A DNA stretch of 64,000 nucleotides, from assembly GCA_001829315.1 (NCBI GenBank), contig MIAY01000001.1, positions 136,927 through 200,926 of the forward strand. The letters run 5' to 3'. The translations under genes and the position numbers were made by a program. Position 1 is the stretch's first letter, and each line of letters opens with the position of its first letter. This document shows, in pieces, positions 9,910-19,335 of the stretch. The DNA is from Spirochaetes bacterium GWE1_32_154 (GTDB lineage: Bacteria > Spirochaetota > GWE2-31-10). The notes below the pieces were generated by a model. That model saw only the letters and a program-made list of their open reading frames with translations. It did no database searches and was not told the origin of the DNA.

Positions 9910-10461
9910 TTAATGACGCCGATAGCCTTTAATTATATCCAATACTGAATTCTCTATCATTTCTTTACTGTTTTCTTTTGCAATATAGTAAATTGACTGA
10001 GTTGATGCAATACTACCTGATAAAAAACTAACCTGGTAACTGTAATCTGTGCCCTCATAAAAAAAACTATAATTAAAAAATGCAACCATTAATCGTTTGT
10101 ATGAATATGTCCCTTTATTTACAAAGGTCCCATTTCCATATTTCATTATAATTTCATTGAGAAAATCTTCTTCGATTGCCGGATCACTATTTATTTTTGT
10201 AATATTTATAAATCGGGGATAAGATGCAATTGTAACCAACGATGGATTTACTCTCGTAGAATTATCATATAATACTACATCAACAAATTGAGTATTTATA
10301 AATTTTTCTATATGACTATCCAAATCCTGATCAAGATTAGTTTGATAGATATTAAAAAGTGCTGGAATTGGAATTGAATATTTATTTTTAGTATCAGTAT
10401 ATCTATGTGAACAAGAAATAAAAAATAAAAATGAAATTAATAGAATAAAAAACTTTTTCAA
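9910..10461 (-). CDS. Lipoprotein, hypothetical
   Basis: Signal peptide with lipobox (MKKFFILLISFLFFISC-S). Confidence 0.5.
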   Translation of the reverse strand: MKKFFILLISFLFFISCSHRYTDTKNKYSIPIPALFNIYQTNLDQDLDSHIEKFINTQFVDVVLYDNSTRVNPSLVTIASYPRFINITKINSDPAIEEDFLNEIIMKYGNGTFVNKGTYSYKRLMVAFFNYSFFYEGTDYSYQVSFLSGSIASTQSIYYIAKENSKEMIENSVLDIIKGYRRH

Positions 10462-10537
10462 AATATCTCCTTCAATTAAAAAGGGATAAAGCTATTGCAA
10501 TATCCCATTTATTCACACTATAGTTGTGTTCTGTAAT

Positions 10538-11527
10538 TTATTTCTTAAAACATTCTAATTGTTTTGCAAAAGAACTGTCTTTTAATTTTCTCAATGCTTT
10601 TTTCTGAATTTGTCTGACTCTTTCTCTGGTAATTCCAAGAAGTTGTCCGGTTTCTTCTAAAGTATGAGAACCAACACTATTAAGACCGAACCTCAATTCA
10701 ATAATTTGTTTTTCTCTAATGCTAAGATTATCTAAAACAGCATCAATAGTATCTGTTAAAGCAGCAGAAAAAATTTCTTCATACGGTGACTCACCGACAA
10801 ATTCACCAAACTCTTTACTTGAATCACCTTCAATTGGTGCATCCAATGAATAGGTATCTTGAGGAATACTTCCCATTTTCTTTATTTTATCGGCTGAAAT
10901 TCCTACGATTTCAGATACTTCCTGATACGAAGCTTCACGACCGGTTGACTCATTTATGCTTTTTGCAGCAAAATAACACTTTTTAATAGTATTAAGCATA
11001 TGTATAGGAATTCTAATTGTTTTCCCTTTATCGGCTAATGCTTTAACAATTGCTTGTCTAATCCACCATGTACCGTATGTTGAAAATTTAAAGCCTTTTG
11101 TATAATCAAATCTTTCTATCGCCTCAATAAGACCTATGTTACCTTCATCGATTAGATCAAGAAAACCTAAGCCTCTATTCTGGTATTTTTTAGCTATTGA
11201 TATTACAAGCCTTAAATTAGCTCTAATCATTTTATTTTTATTAAACATCATCAAATCGGTGTGGTGTTTTAACTCTTTTTTAATTACATCGTTATCAGAA
11301 TCAGGATTTTTGGTTAATTTATCAATAGACTCCTGGTGATCGACAATTAACTTGGAAACATCGTACTCTTCTTTTGAACTTAACAATGGAATCTTTGCAA
11401 TTTCTTTGAGATAAATTGCGAGTGAAGACGAATCTTCCATGTTTGATATGGACGCATCAATTGACTTTGCTACTTTATTAATTTTCGTTGTTGTTACTTT
11501 TGCTGATATGGTCTTTTCTTTAATCAT
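10538..11527 (-). CDS. RNA polymerase sigma factor, sigma-70 family (RpoD/RpoS-like, 329 aa)
   Basis: Region 2 (DLIDEGNIGLIEAIERFDYTKGFKFSTYGTWWIRQAI), region 3, and a region 4 HTH (TLEETGQLLGITRERVRQIQKKALRKL). Confidence 0.8.
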   Translation of the reverse strand: MIKEKTISAKVTTTKINKVAKSIDASISNMEDSSSLAIYLKEIAKIPLLSSKEEYDVSKLIVDHQESIDKLTKNPDSDNDVIKKELKHHTDLMMFNKNKMIRANLRLVISIAKKYQNRGLGFLDLIDEGNIGLIEAIERFDYTKGFKFSTYGTWWIRQAIVKALADKGKTIRIPIHMLNTIKKCYFAAKSINESTGREASYQEVSEIVGISADKIKKMGSIPQDTYSLDAPIEGDSSKEFGEFVGESPYEEIFSAALTDTIDAVLDNLSIREKQIIELRFGLNSVGSHTLEETGQLLGITRERVRQIQKKALRKLKDSSFAKQLECFKK

Positions 11528-11664
11528 AAAAACCTCCGCATAGTTTGTAAATAATTCGTAATTTAATTATAACTCTATTACGGAGAAAAGCAAATTTAAT
11601 ATAGAGAAATATTTTTTTATTAATAATTTCTCTATATTATTAATATATATTTTAGTATTTATAG

Positions 11665-12897
11665 TTATTGTACATTTACACGTCGTATTTTCTTTTTTCC
11701 CAATGCTACAATTATTCCTTTATCGGTAAGGTAATCGAGATTAATGACTAATTTATCATCAACAACTTTTTCAGAATTTATTTTACATCCACCTTGTGCT
11801 ATTAATCTTCTAACTTCGCTTTTTGAAGCTGCAAGTTCGCATTCTACAACAAGATCAACAATATTTATGCCGGTTTCAATTCTTTTTCTTGCAATTTCAG
11901 TAGTTGGCATAAATTCTATTGTATCACCACCTCCAAATGCTGCACTTGCTCCCTCTCTCGCTTTTACAGCTTCCTCTTCCCCATGCACAATTCGTGTTAC
12001 TTCAAAGGCAAGTCTTTTTTTAGCAACATTTAATTCCTGGTATTGTAACCCTTCATACTGCTTTATATCTTCAAGATCAAGAAATGTATATAATTTCAAG
12101 AATCGAATAACGTCATCATCAGTTACATTAATCCAATATTGATAAAAATCATACGGACTTGTTAATTCCGGAGATAAAAATGTAGCTCCTGATTCAGTTT
12201 TACCCATTTTTTTACCATCTGATGTTAAAATTAAAGGAAATGTTAAACATTCAACACCTTCACTTTTTTCAACTCTTCGAATTAATTCTGCTCCTGAAAC
12301 CATATTAGCCCACTGGTCATCACCACCAACTTGTAGGGTACAATTATATCTTTTATATAACTCAAGAAAATCATACGATTGTAATAGAAGATAATTGAAT
12401 TCTAAAAATGACAAGCCATGTTTCATTCTTTCTTTGTAAGTTTCAAATGAAAGCATACGATTAACACTAAAATGTCTTCCGATATCCCGCAAAAATGTTA
12501 AATAATTTATTTCCTTTAACCAGTCATAATTGTTGACTAATAAACCGTCTTTACCGTCAAGTACCACAAATTTTTCCAGTTGCAATTTTAATGCTGCTGA
12601 ATTATTTTGAATTTGTTCTAATGTTAATATTTTTCTACTTTCCACTTTACCTGTCGGATCACCAATTAATGCTGTACCGCCACCAATCAAAGCGATTGGG
12701 AAATGTCCACGTTTTTGCAAATGCGCCATTGCCATAATTGGAATAAGATGACCAAGATGTAAACTATTATTTGTCGGATCAAAACCTGCATATAAATGTA
12801 CCTTTTTTTCCGCAAACATTTTTCGTAAAGTTTCTTCATCAGTACATTGCTGAAAAAAACCTCTACTTTTTAAATAGGATAGTGTATCTTGACTCAT
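11665..12897 (-). CDS. tyrS: Tyrosine--tRNA ligase
   Basis: HIGH motif (HLGHLIPI), KMSKS-like motif (KMGKT), and a C-terminal S4 domain. 410 aa. Confidence 0.9.
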   Translation of the reverse strand: MSQDTLSYLKSRGFFQQCTDEETLRKMFAEKKVHLYAGFDPTNNSLHLGHLIPIMAMAHLQKRGHFPIALIGGGTALIGDPTGKVESRKILTLEQIQNNSAALKLQLEKFVVLDGKDGLLVNNYDWLKEINYLTFLRDIGRHFSVNRMLSFETYKERMKHGLSFLEFNYLLLQSYDFLELYKRYNCTLQVGGDDQWANMVSGAELIRRVEKSEGVECLTFPLILTSDGKKMGKTESGATFLSPELTSPYDFYQYWINVTDDDVIRFLKLYTFLDLEDIKQYEGLQYQELNVAKKRLAFEVTRIVHGEEEAVKAREGASAAFGGGDTIEFMPTTEIARKRIETGINIVDLVVECELAASKSEVRRLIAQGGCKINSEKVVDDKLVINLDYLTDKGIIVALGKKKIRRVNVQ

Positions 12898-13087
12898 ATC
12901 ATTCTCCTTGGAATTGTATGACTCAATGTATATAAAAAAATATTTAAAATATCAAGTAAAAGAAAATATAAGTGAGGCTCTATAAACAAATCAAAATAAT
13001 TAATTGAATATTTAGAATATTCTTTATATAAATCAAATTCTATAATATAATGCTTATAATAGTTTTAATAATAAAACGAGGTGTATA

Positions 13088-14224
13088 ATGGCAAAAAATC
13101 CAATTGTTATTCCTGTAGCGAGTGGAAAAGGCGGAGTTGGTAAAACATTAATTTCAGTTAATTTAGGCTATGCTCTTGCCCAACAGGGAAAAAAAACAAT
13201 TTTAATAGATCTCGATTTTGGTGGTGCTAACATACATACCTGTATGGGATATGATATTGCACCTGATGGGATTGGTAATTTTTTGAATCAAAGAGCGATG
13301 CAGTTAAGTGATTATATTCTGAGTACGGATAATAAAAACTTGCTTCTTATTCCCGGTGATGCAGAAATGGTTGGAATAGCGGACATTACCGCAAATCAAA
13401 AGAAAAAACTTATGTCAGCGATTTTAAAACTTGATTGTGATTATGTTGTATTAGACCTGGGGGCCGGTTCATCACATAATACAATTGATTTTTTTATGAT
13501 GAGTCCTTATTCAATTATAACTGCTATGCCTGAACTAACATCTATTTTAAACGCTTATGCACTTCTTAAAAGTTCAATATTCAGATTATTGTATATTGAA
13601 TTTAAAGATAATAAAGAAATAAAATCACTTTTTAATCATCAATTAAAACAAGGTGGTGAATCTTCATGGAAAGTTGCTGATTTATTAAATAAAATTTTTG
13701 AAATAGATCCGGAAATTCACATAAAAGCAGTTGCATTATTAGATACCATTAATCCTAAATTAATTATTAATATGGCAACACTACCAAAAGATATTGAAAT
13801 GGGTGAAAGATTAAGAAAAATTTCTAATAATTATTTATCAGTCAAAATAGATTATCTCGGGTTTTTATACAGGGATAAATTAGTAAGTAAATCAATATCA
13901 ATGAGAAAACCTCTTGCTTTATTAGCACCGTCTAATCAAACATACCAAACAATTATGCGTATAGCGTATAAAATAATAAATTCCAGTAAAAAATATAATA
14001 CTTTATATGATATTGAACATTATGACGGTTCATACGAAGAAGTTATTGAAGAAGCTTCAGAAGATTTGCTAAGTAGAATAGATGGTTATCATGAATTGGC
14101 TGATGAAAATTTACTGACTATTAACGAACTTATTTCGCTTGTAAAAAATCTTGAATACGAAAACCTTACACTTAAGAAAGAAATTGAAGAATTGAAATAT
14201 AAATTATTGAAATATAAAAAATAA
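13088..14224 (+). CDS. ParA/MinD-family P-loop ATPase with C-terminal coiled-coil extension (orphan)
   Basis: Deviant Walker A SGKGGVGKT. The 378-aa length exceeds MinD/ParA, and the C-terminal 60 aa are predicted coiled coil (LVKNLEYENLTLKKEIEELKYKLLKYKK). There is no parB nearby. Confidence 0.6.
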   Translation: MAKNPIVIPVASGKGGVGKTLISVNLGYALAQQGKKTILIDLDFGGANIHTCMGYDIAPDGIGNFLNQRAMQLSDYILSTDNKNLLLIPGDAEMVGIADITANQKKKLMSAILKLDCDYVVLDLGAGSSHNTIDFFMMSPYSIITAMPELTSILNAYALLKSSIFRLLYIEFKDNKEIKSLFNHQLKQGGESSWKVADLLNKIFEIDPEIHIKAVALLDTINPKLIINMATLPKDIEMGERLRKISNNYLSVKIDYLGFLYRDKLVSKSISMRKPLALLAPSNQTYQTIMRIAYKIINSSKKYNTLYDIEHYDGSYEEVIEEASEDLLSRIDGYHELADENLLTINELISLVKNLEYENLTLKKEIEELKYKLLKYKK

Positions 14225-14228
14225 AAAA

Positions 14229-14260
14229 AAGGGCTGACTTTACAGTCAATGCCCTTTTTA
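14229..14260. terminator. Bidirectional rho-independent terminator between convergent genes
   Basis: GC-containing hairpin aagggctgact...agtcaatgccctt followed by TTTTT, with an A-run on the other side. Confidence 0.5.
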
Positions 14261-14279
14261 AATCACAATTAAAATATTA

Positions 14280-14708
14280 TTAAAATTCTATTGTTAATTC
14301 ATCCATTTCGAATTTCTTTCTTGTTGCATCTGTTATCAAATCAGCATATCTATAAGTCATATTACTTAATTTAGTTGCAAGATACAGTTTTACTCTATGT
14401 GGTTTTGAATTTTTTAAAACAATAGACATTTGTGGTGAAATATTTGTGTTGTTCTCATCTATTCTAACTGCTATTTTATCTCTAAAAAATTTATTTGGAA
14501 TATATGTTGTTTTAAAATTTCTATCTATTTTATATTCAACAATTAAACCCTCTGCAGTTTGTATCACCTGATTAATCATAGCACTTACAACTGTATATTT
14601 AGCATCATCTTCATTTGTGGCTGGTGTTGGGGTAGTTTTTGCTGCATCCTGTCCATAAACTGTAAATACCCCCAAAACTAATATTAATATTGCAATTTTT
14701 TTAAACAT
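14280..14708 (-). CDS. Secreted hypothetical protein
   Basis: N-terminal signal peptide MFKKIAILILVLGVFTVYGQ. 142 aa. Confidence 0.45.
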   Translation of the reverse strand: MFKKIAILILVLGVFTVYGQDAAKTTPTPATNEDDAKYTVVSAMINQVIQTAEGLIVEYKIDRNFKTTYIPNKFFRDKIAVRIDENNTNISPQMSIVLKNSKPHRVKLYLATKLSNMTYRYADLITDATRKKFEMDELTIEF

Positions 14709-14785
14709 AAAATTCCTCCTTGAACTCTTATACTTATAATAGCTGATATTTTAATAAAATCAAGTAAAAAAACGAAAAAAAGTAA

Positions 14786-14814
14786 TTTACATAAAAAAAA
14801 CATTGATATATACT
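14786..14814 (+). promoter_or_regulatory. Sigma-70-like promoter (TTTACA-17-TATACT) upstream of the flavin reductase gene
   Basis: Hexamers and spacing read directly from sequence, about 40 nt upstream of the ATG at 14852. Confidence 0.4.
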
Positions 14815-14851
14815 CCGTTCAATTTGTTCATTTGTTTTTACAGGTAAAATT

Positions 14852-15367
14852 ATGAGTAATATTACTAAAGATCAATTAAATCGAGCTGTTTTTGAAATTC
14901 TTAATGTAATGCCCGGTCCGGGACTTTTAATGCTCACCGGTTCTGATGCAGAAAAAGAAAATCTTATAACTATAGGCTGGCTTCAATTTGGTATTGTTTG
15001 GGGAGAACCTACAGTTAATGTTTTTGTCAGACAGTCCCGATATTCTTATGAATTATTACAAAAATATGATGAATTTACTATAAACTTATTACCTGTTCCA
15101 ACTTTTAATGATGTATTAAGTAAATGTGCTTCATCGTCAGGAAGTTATACAAACAAATTTAAAGATACAAATTTAACCAAGGTTAAATCTAAGATTGTCA
15201 ATTGTTCATCAATACAAGAAGCCTCTATGGTTTTAGAATGTAAAATTATTTTTAAACATGATGTTTCTATTAATGAATTATCAGATATTATTGTTAACAA
15301 ATTCTATACCGATGGTGATTATCACCAAATTATTACAGCAAAAATCATTAATATTAAAGAAAAATAA
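14852..15367 (+). CDS. Flavin reductase-like (FMN-binding split barrel) family protein
   Basis: Domain-like pattern LNVMPGPGLLMLTGSDAEKENLITIGWLQFGIVWGEPTVNVFVRQSRYSYELL. Confidence 0.5.
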   Translation: MSNITKDQLNRAVFEILNVMPGPGLLMLTGSDAEKENLITIGWLQFGIVWGEPTVNVFVRQSRYSYELLQKYDEFTINLLPVPTFNDVLSKCASSSGSYTNKFKDTNLTKVKSKIVNCSSIQEASMVLECKIIFKHDVSINELSDIIVNKFYTDGDYHQIITAKIINIKEK

Positions 15368-15384
15368 AAATACCGGAGAATATA

Positions 15385-16746
15385 ATGAAAGAAGATGCTA
15401 TTGAAATCAATGTAAAATTAAAAATGAAGTCCCCAGTATTTTTTAATTCTTTAAGTAAATTGGGAAAAAGATTATATATGCCCAAAGGAATTATTTTCCA
15501 AAGTTCACAATCTACGCAACATGCAAATAAATTTAATGCTTCTATCGGTATTGCTATTGAAAACATTGGTTTTGATGGTACTAATGAAATTCAAGCTGAA
15601 AACCTTGGCCCTATGGTTTTATCTTCATTAAAATCTTTTTTTAATGATTTAGAACCTAATCAAATATTCAATTATGCTCCACCCTCAGGAGATATGAAAG
15701 TTCGGGAATTTTGGCAAAAAAAAATTATCCGACAAAATCCTGCATTAAGCTCTATAGATCAAATCAGTCTTCCTGTTATTACAGGTGGTTTAACACATGG
15801 TTTATCAATTTTTTCTGAATTATTTCTTAATCCTAATGATACTATTGTTATGGCTGATAAAATGTGGGAAAATTATAATCTAATGTTTAATGTTAAATAT
15901 CAAACAAAATTTATTAAATATCCTTTATTCAAAGAAGATTTAAGCGGATTTAATCTTGAAGCTTTTGAAAATGCTTTAAAAAAAGTTCATAAGAAAAAAA
16001 TTATTGTTTTATTTAACTTTCCCAATAATCCTACAGGTTATACAGCAACAGATAATGAAATGAATGCAATAACGGATATTTTAAAAAAATTTGCTAATAA
16101 AGGTAAAGAAATTATAGTTATTTGTGATGATGCATATTATGGTTTATTTTATGATGCTAAAATTTACCCCGGTTCACTTTTTTCTAAAATTACAAATCTT
16201 CATAAAAACATTGTAGGTGTTAAAGTTGATGGTATTTCCAAAGAAGATTATGCTTGGGGCTTAAGAATGGGTTTTATTACTTTTACAGATGGCTTAACAA
16301 ACAAAGAGGCTTTTACTGTTCTTGAGCAAAAAGCCACAGCTTCTATCAGATCTTCTATATCATGTGCTTCCAGAATATCTCAATCTATTTTTGGTAAAGT
16401 TATGAACAGTGAAAAATACCAAATAGAGAAAAATGAAAAATTCGATATTCTTCAAAATAGAAGCAATAAAGTTAAAGAAATCGTGAATAAAGAAGAATTT
16501 AAAAAATACTGGGATGTATATCCATTTAATTCCGGATATTTTATGTGTTTAAGAATAAAAGATGTAAGTGCTGAAGTTGTTCGTACTCATGCCTTGTTTA
16601 AGCACGGTCTTGGTACTATTGCATTTGGTAATGATTTAAGAGTCGCTTTTTCATGTATTGAAGAAAAAAATATTGAGAATGTTTTTAAAATTATTGCTAA
16701 ATCAATTGATGAAATTAAATCTGGAGACATTGTTTCTTCATTATAA
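15385..16746 (+). CDS. Class I/II pyridoxal-phosphate-dependent aminotransferase
   Basis: Motifs FNFPNNPTGY, CDDAYYGL and DGISKEDYAWGLRMGF (PLP lysine region). Confidence 0.7.
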   Translation: MKEDAIEINVKLKMKSPVFFNSLSKLGKRLYMPKGIIFQSSQSTQHANKFNASIGIAIENIGFDGTNEIQAENLGPMVLSSLKSFFNDLEPNQIFNYAPPSGDMKVREFWQKKIIRQNPALSSIDQISLPVITGGLTHGLSIFSELFLNPNDTIVMADKMWENYNLMFNVKYQTKFIKYPLFKEDLSGFNLEAFENALKKVHKKKIIVLFNFPNNPTGYTATDNEMNAITDILKKFANKGKEIIVICDDAYYGLFYDAKIYPGSLFSKITNLHKNIVGVKVDGISKEDYAWGLRMGFITFTDGLTNKEAFTVLEQKATASIRSSISCASRISQSIFGKVMNSEKYQIEKNEKFDILQNRSNKVKEIVNKEEFKKYWDVYPFNSGYFMCLRIKDVSAEVVRTHALFKHGLGTIAFGNDLRVAFSCIEEKNIENVFKIIAKSIDEIKSGDIVSSL

Positions 16747-16760
16747 TTAAGGATTAATGT

Positions 16761-17318
16761 ATGAATGTTGATGTTAGAATAAAGAATGAAGATTGGAAAA
16801 GAGATCTTCAAGAAGCTGCGATGAATACAATTAACAAAAAATGGAATGAAGGTAAAGAATTAACTGAGGATCTATTTCGTAAATACATCATTAGTGAACA
16901 TTCGCCTATTAGAGGTATTGAGCTAAGAATTACTATGAATGATATTCCATATTACAACTCAGTTCATTTTGCAAGACATATTCATTCTATACCTTACGTA
17001 ACAACTCATCGTCCTGACAGAACAGGTTCTGAAAGGTCTGTTTCTGATACTTGTGTACATATTTTTGATATTAATATTCAAGGTTTACTTGATATGGCCA
17101 GAAAAAGACTTTGTATAGGAAAATGCGACCGGGTTACTTATGATTTCATGATGGCTATTAAAAAATGTTTTATTGAAAAAGGTTCATTTTACAAAGTTAT
17201 CGGTGATATGTTAGTTCCCAATTGTATTTACCGATCAGGGTGTCCTGAATTTAAATCTTGTGGTTTTTTTGATGGTAATATTGCATTACGATACGCAGAG
17301 TATAATAATAAAATTTGA
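16761..17318 (+). CDS. Hypothetical Cys-rich protein
   Basis: 185 aa with eight Cys concentrated in the C-terminal half (CIGKCDRV...KKC...PNC...SGCPEFKSC). No family recognised. Confidence 0.35.
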   Translation: MNVDVRIKNEDWKRDLQEAAMNTINKKWNEGKELTEDLFRKYIISEHSPIRGIELRITMNDIPYYNSVHFARHIHSIPYVTTHRPDRTGSERSVSDTCVHIFDINIQGLLDMARKRLCIGKCDRVTYDFMMAIKKCFIEKGSFYKVIGDMLVPNCIYRSGCPEFKSCGFFDGNIALRYAEYNNKI

Positions 17319-17408
17319 TTTATTGATATTCTTTCGCATTTTCTTAATTTTTCTTGATTTATGTGGTGAGAAAACAACTTTTTTGAATTAATAATAATAT
17401 CAAAGGAG

Positions 17409-17903
17409 TTGGAAATGACTAAATTTCACCGTTTTCATTTTAAAATTGATGAAGATTTAATGAAATACTTCAGTTATCATTTTATGTATTTTGGTATTGA
17501 CAGATCACCACTGTTAAATAATATTTTAAAAAAATTACTTGTGCTAATTGATGAAATTGATTTATTTCCAATATCAGAAATTACTATTGAAGAAGTATCT
17601 AATTTCAATATAGATATTATTGTTAATCTTAATGAAGAACTCTATTCCAGACTTAAATATTTACATTTCAGGTTTAGTACTTTTAGTATTGCTATTTTAT
17701 TAAGAAAATTAATGAGATTATATTTTATTAAATTTCAAGGCAATATGAATAGGGTTTTATCAGAAATTAAGGAATTTGCTAAGGATCGAGTATGGACTTG
17801 TATTGATTTAGTGACACATATGTTACTGGATAATAACAAAACATCTCGAATTGTATCAATAGATTCAAATTATTGTATAACAAACATCTTAGGATTCACA
17901 TAA
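17409..17903 (+). CDS. Hypothetical protein
   Basis: 164-aa ORF with no recognisable motifs. It is followed by a hairpin with a T-run at about 17961-17983. Confidence 0.3.
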   Translation: MEMTKFHRFHFKIDEDLMKYFSYHFMYFGIDRSPLLNNILKKLLVLIDEIDLFPISEITIEEVSNFNIDIIVNLNEELYSRLKYLHFRFSTFSIAILLRKLMRLYFIKFQGNMNRVLSEIKEFAKDRVWTCIDLVTHMLLDNNKTSRIVSIDSNYCITNILGFT

Positions 17904-17983
17904 AAAACAAGAAGTATTCGTATATCATAAGCAAAAAAATCAAATAATAGAGGTTCTTGCAGAAATCAAGAGTACTTGATTTT

Positions 17984-18022
17984 GCTTCCGCTATATGCGA
18001 TATAATCGCATATAGCGGAAGC
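17984..18022. repeat. 39-bp perfect palindrome (18-bp arms, 3-nt loop) with TATAAT at the dyad
   Basis: gcttccgctatatgcgat-ata-atcgcatatagcggaagc. Flanked by 8-bp direct repeats TTCTTGCA at 17955-17962 and 18023-18030. Confidence 0.7.
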
Positions 18023-18115
18023 TTCTTGCAAAAATTCAAAATAAAAAGAGTATTTTCGCAAGAAACTCAATATACGAATATTAAAACTTATTTCAAAATA
18101 AATAGATCAATAATC

Positions 18116-19321
18116 TTAATGACAATCATGATGTTGATCATGATTACAACTAACTTCTCGATCCGTAAGGTTATTCTCGATAAAATTTTTAATCACTTCT
18201 TCATCAGTCAAACAATCAACACCACGAATAACTTCAATACCGTGTGAATTAAAAATATTAACTGCGGCCTGACCAATACCATTAACTATTACAACATTTG
18301 CATTTTCCTCTTTTAGCCATGCCGGTATAATTCCCGGTTGATGAGGTGGTGGTGTTTTCTCTGTTTTTGATTCGATTTTTGTACCATTTAAAGTAAAAAA
18401 CACAAACTTATCGGCATGACCGAAATGTTCGCTTAAAATTCCATTATCTAAGGGCAATGCTACAATCTTTGACATATTATTTTCTTCCTTTTTTGTTGTA
18501 TCTTGTTTTTTCGTTTTCACATCGGGTATTTTATTAAGTAATTTTTCTCCGATTTTATTAACTTCTTCTCCTGCTTTTGTTTTTGCATAATGATAAACAA
18601 AAGGTTTTCCATCATCTGATGATGTAACAATATTTGGATCAATTGGAATTTTCCCTAAAATTTCTACACCAAAATCTATTCCTGACTGTGCAGTTCCATT
18701 ACTCTTAAAAATATCATGATTTGTATTACAAGTCGGACATATAAAACCTGACATATTTTCAATAATCCCCAAAACAGGTAAATCGAGTTTTTTTGCAAAA
18801 TTAAGTGATTTCCTAACATCCAAAAGGGATATCTGTTGAGGAGTCGATACTATAACTGCTCCCGTTACATCACCAATCAACTGAATAACACTTAAAGGTT
18901 CGTCACCAGTTCCAGGAGGGCAATCTATAAACAAATAATCGAGTTCCGGCCATACTATTTCTGATAAAAATTGCTTTATAGCACCCATTTTTGCAGGACC
19001 TCTTAAAATAATCGGATCATCCGGAGATTCAAGCATGCTTGCAATTGATACAACAAAAAAGTTTGATATTGCCTCAATTGGACGAACTTTACCATCCTCA
19101 TCTCCAACAATTCTTCTACCTTCAATACCAGTCATTTTTGCAACTGAAGGACCATGAATATCCACATCCAAAACACCAACCTTGTGTCCTTGAAGTGCAG
19201 CATAATATGCTAGATTTACGCAGACCGTACTCTTTCCAACTCCACCTTTACCGCTCATTACGATAATTTTGTGTTTAATTCTCTCCATATTCTCACGGAG
19301 CAAAAGATCATTGTTGTCCAT
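18116..19321 (-). CDS. Mrp/NBP35 (ApbC) Fe-S cluster carrier ATPase fused to a C-terminal NifX/NifB-like (Nitro_FeMo-Co) domain with a His/Cys-rich tail
   Basis: Walker A SGKGGVGKST and CPxC-like motifs (CPTC). C-terminal about 110 aa (KIVALPLDNG...HFGHADKFVFF) resembles the dinitrogenase FeMo-cofactor binding fold. Ends CNHDQHHDCH. Confidence 0.7.
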   Translation of the reverse strand: MDNNDLLLRENMERIKHKIIVMSGKGGVGKSTVCVNLAYYAALQGHKVGVLDVDIHGPSVAKMTGIEGRRIVGDEDGKVRPIEAISNFFVVSIASMLESPDDPIILRGPAKMGAIKQFLSEIVWPELDYLFIDCPPGTGDEPLSVIQLIGDVTGAVIVSTPQQISLLDVRKSLNFAKKLDLPVLGIIENMSGFICPTCNTNHDIFKSNGTAQSGIDFGVEILGKIPIDPNIVTSSDDGKPFVYHYAKTKAGEEVNKIGEKLLNKIPDVKTKKQDTTKKEENNMSKIVALPLDNGILSEHFGHADKFVFFTLNGTKIESKTEKTPPPHQPGIIPAWLKEENANVVIVNGIGQAAVNIFNSHGIEVIRGVDCLTDEEVIKNFIENNLTDREVSCNHDQHHDCH

Positions 19322-19335
19322 AAAAAAAACTCCTT

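Noticed and set aside
10538-11527. Calling the 329-aa sigma factor the primary RpoD
   Set aside because: It has regions 2-4 but is shorter than typical primary sigma factors, lacking an obvious region 1.1 and a non-conserved insert. Without the rest of the genome it could equally be a group-2 (RpoS-like) paralogue, so I kept the family-level call.
11744-12142. 132-aa plus-strand ORF inside tyrS
   Set aside because: It is antisense to tyrosyl-tRNA synthetase. The translation is Ser/Thr-rich and low complexity with no RBS.
12898-13087. Possible T-box riboswitch leader upstream of tyrS
   Set aside because: The 190-nt leader lacks the conserved T-box sequence (AAUUAGGGUGGNACCGCG) and the specifier/antiterminator architecture. 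It looks like plain AT-rich promoter DNA.
16761-17318. Distant ThyX (flavin-dependent thymidylate synthase) relationship for the Cys-rich 185-aa protein
   Set aside because: The resemblance (an ARH...HR...SERS stretch and a NIQGLLDMARKRL-like segment) is superficial. The RHR-x7-S spacing does not fit, and the protein is about 40 aa too short for ThyX.
17957-18247. 96-aa plus-strand ORF spanning the 39-bp palindrome
   Set aside because: It covers an intergenic palindrome and the antisense 3' end of the Mrp gene. It is almost certainly non-coding.
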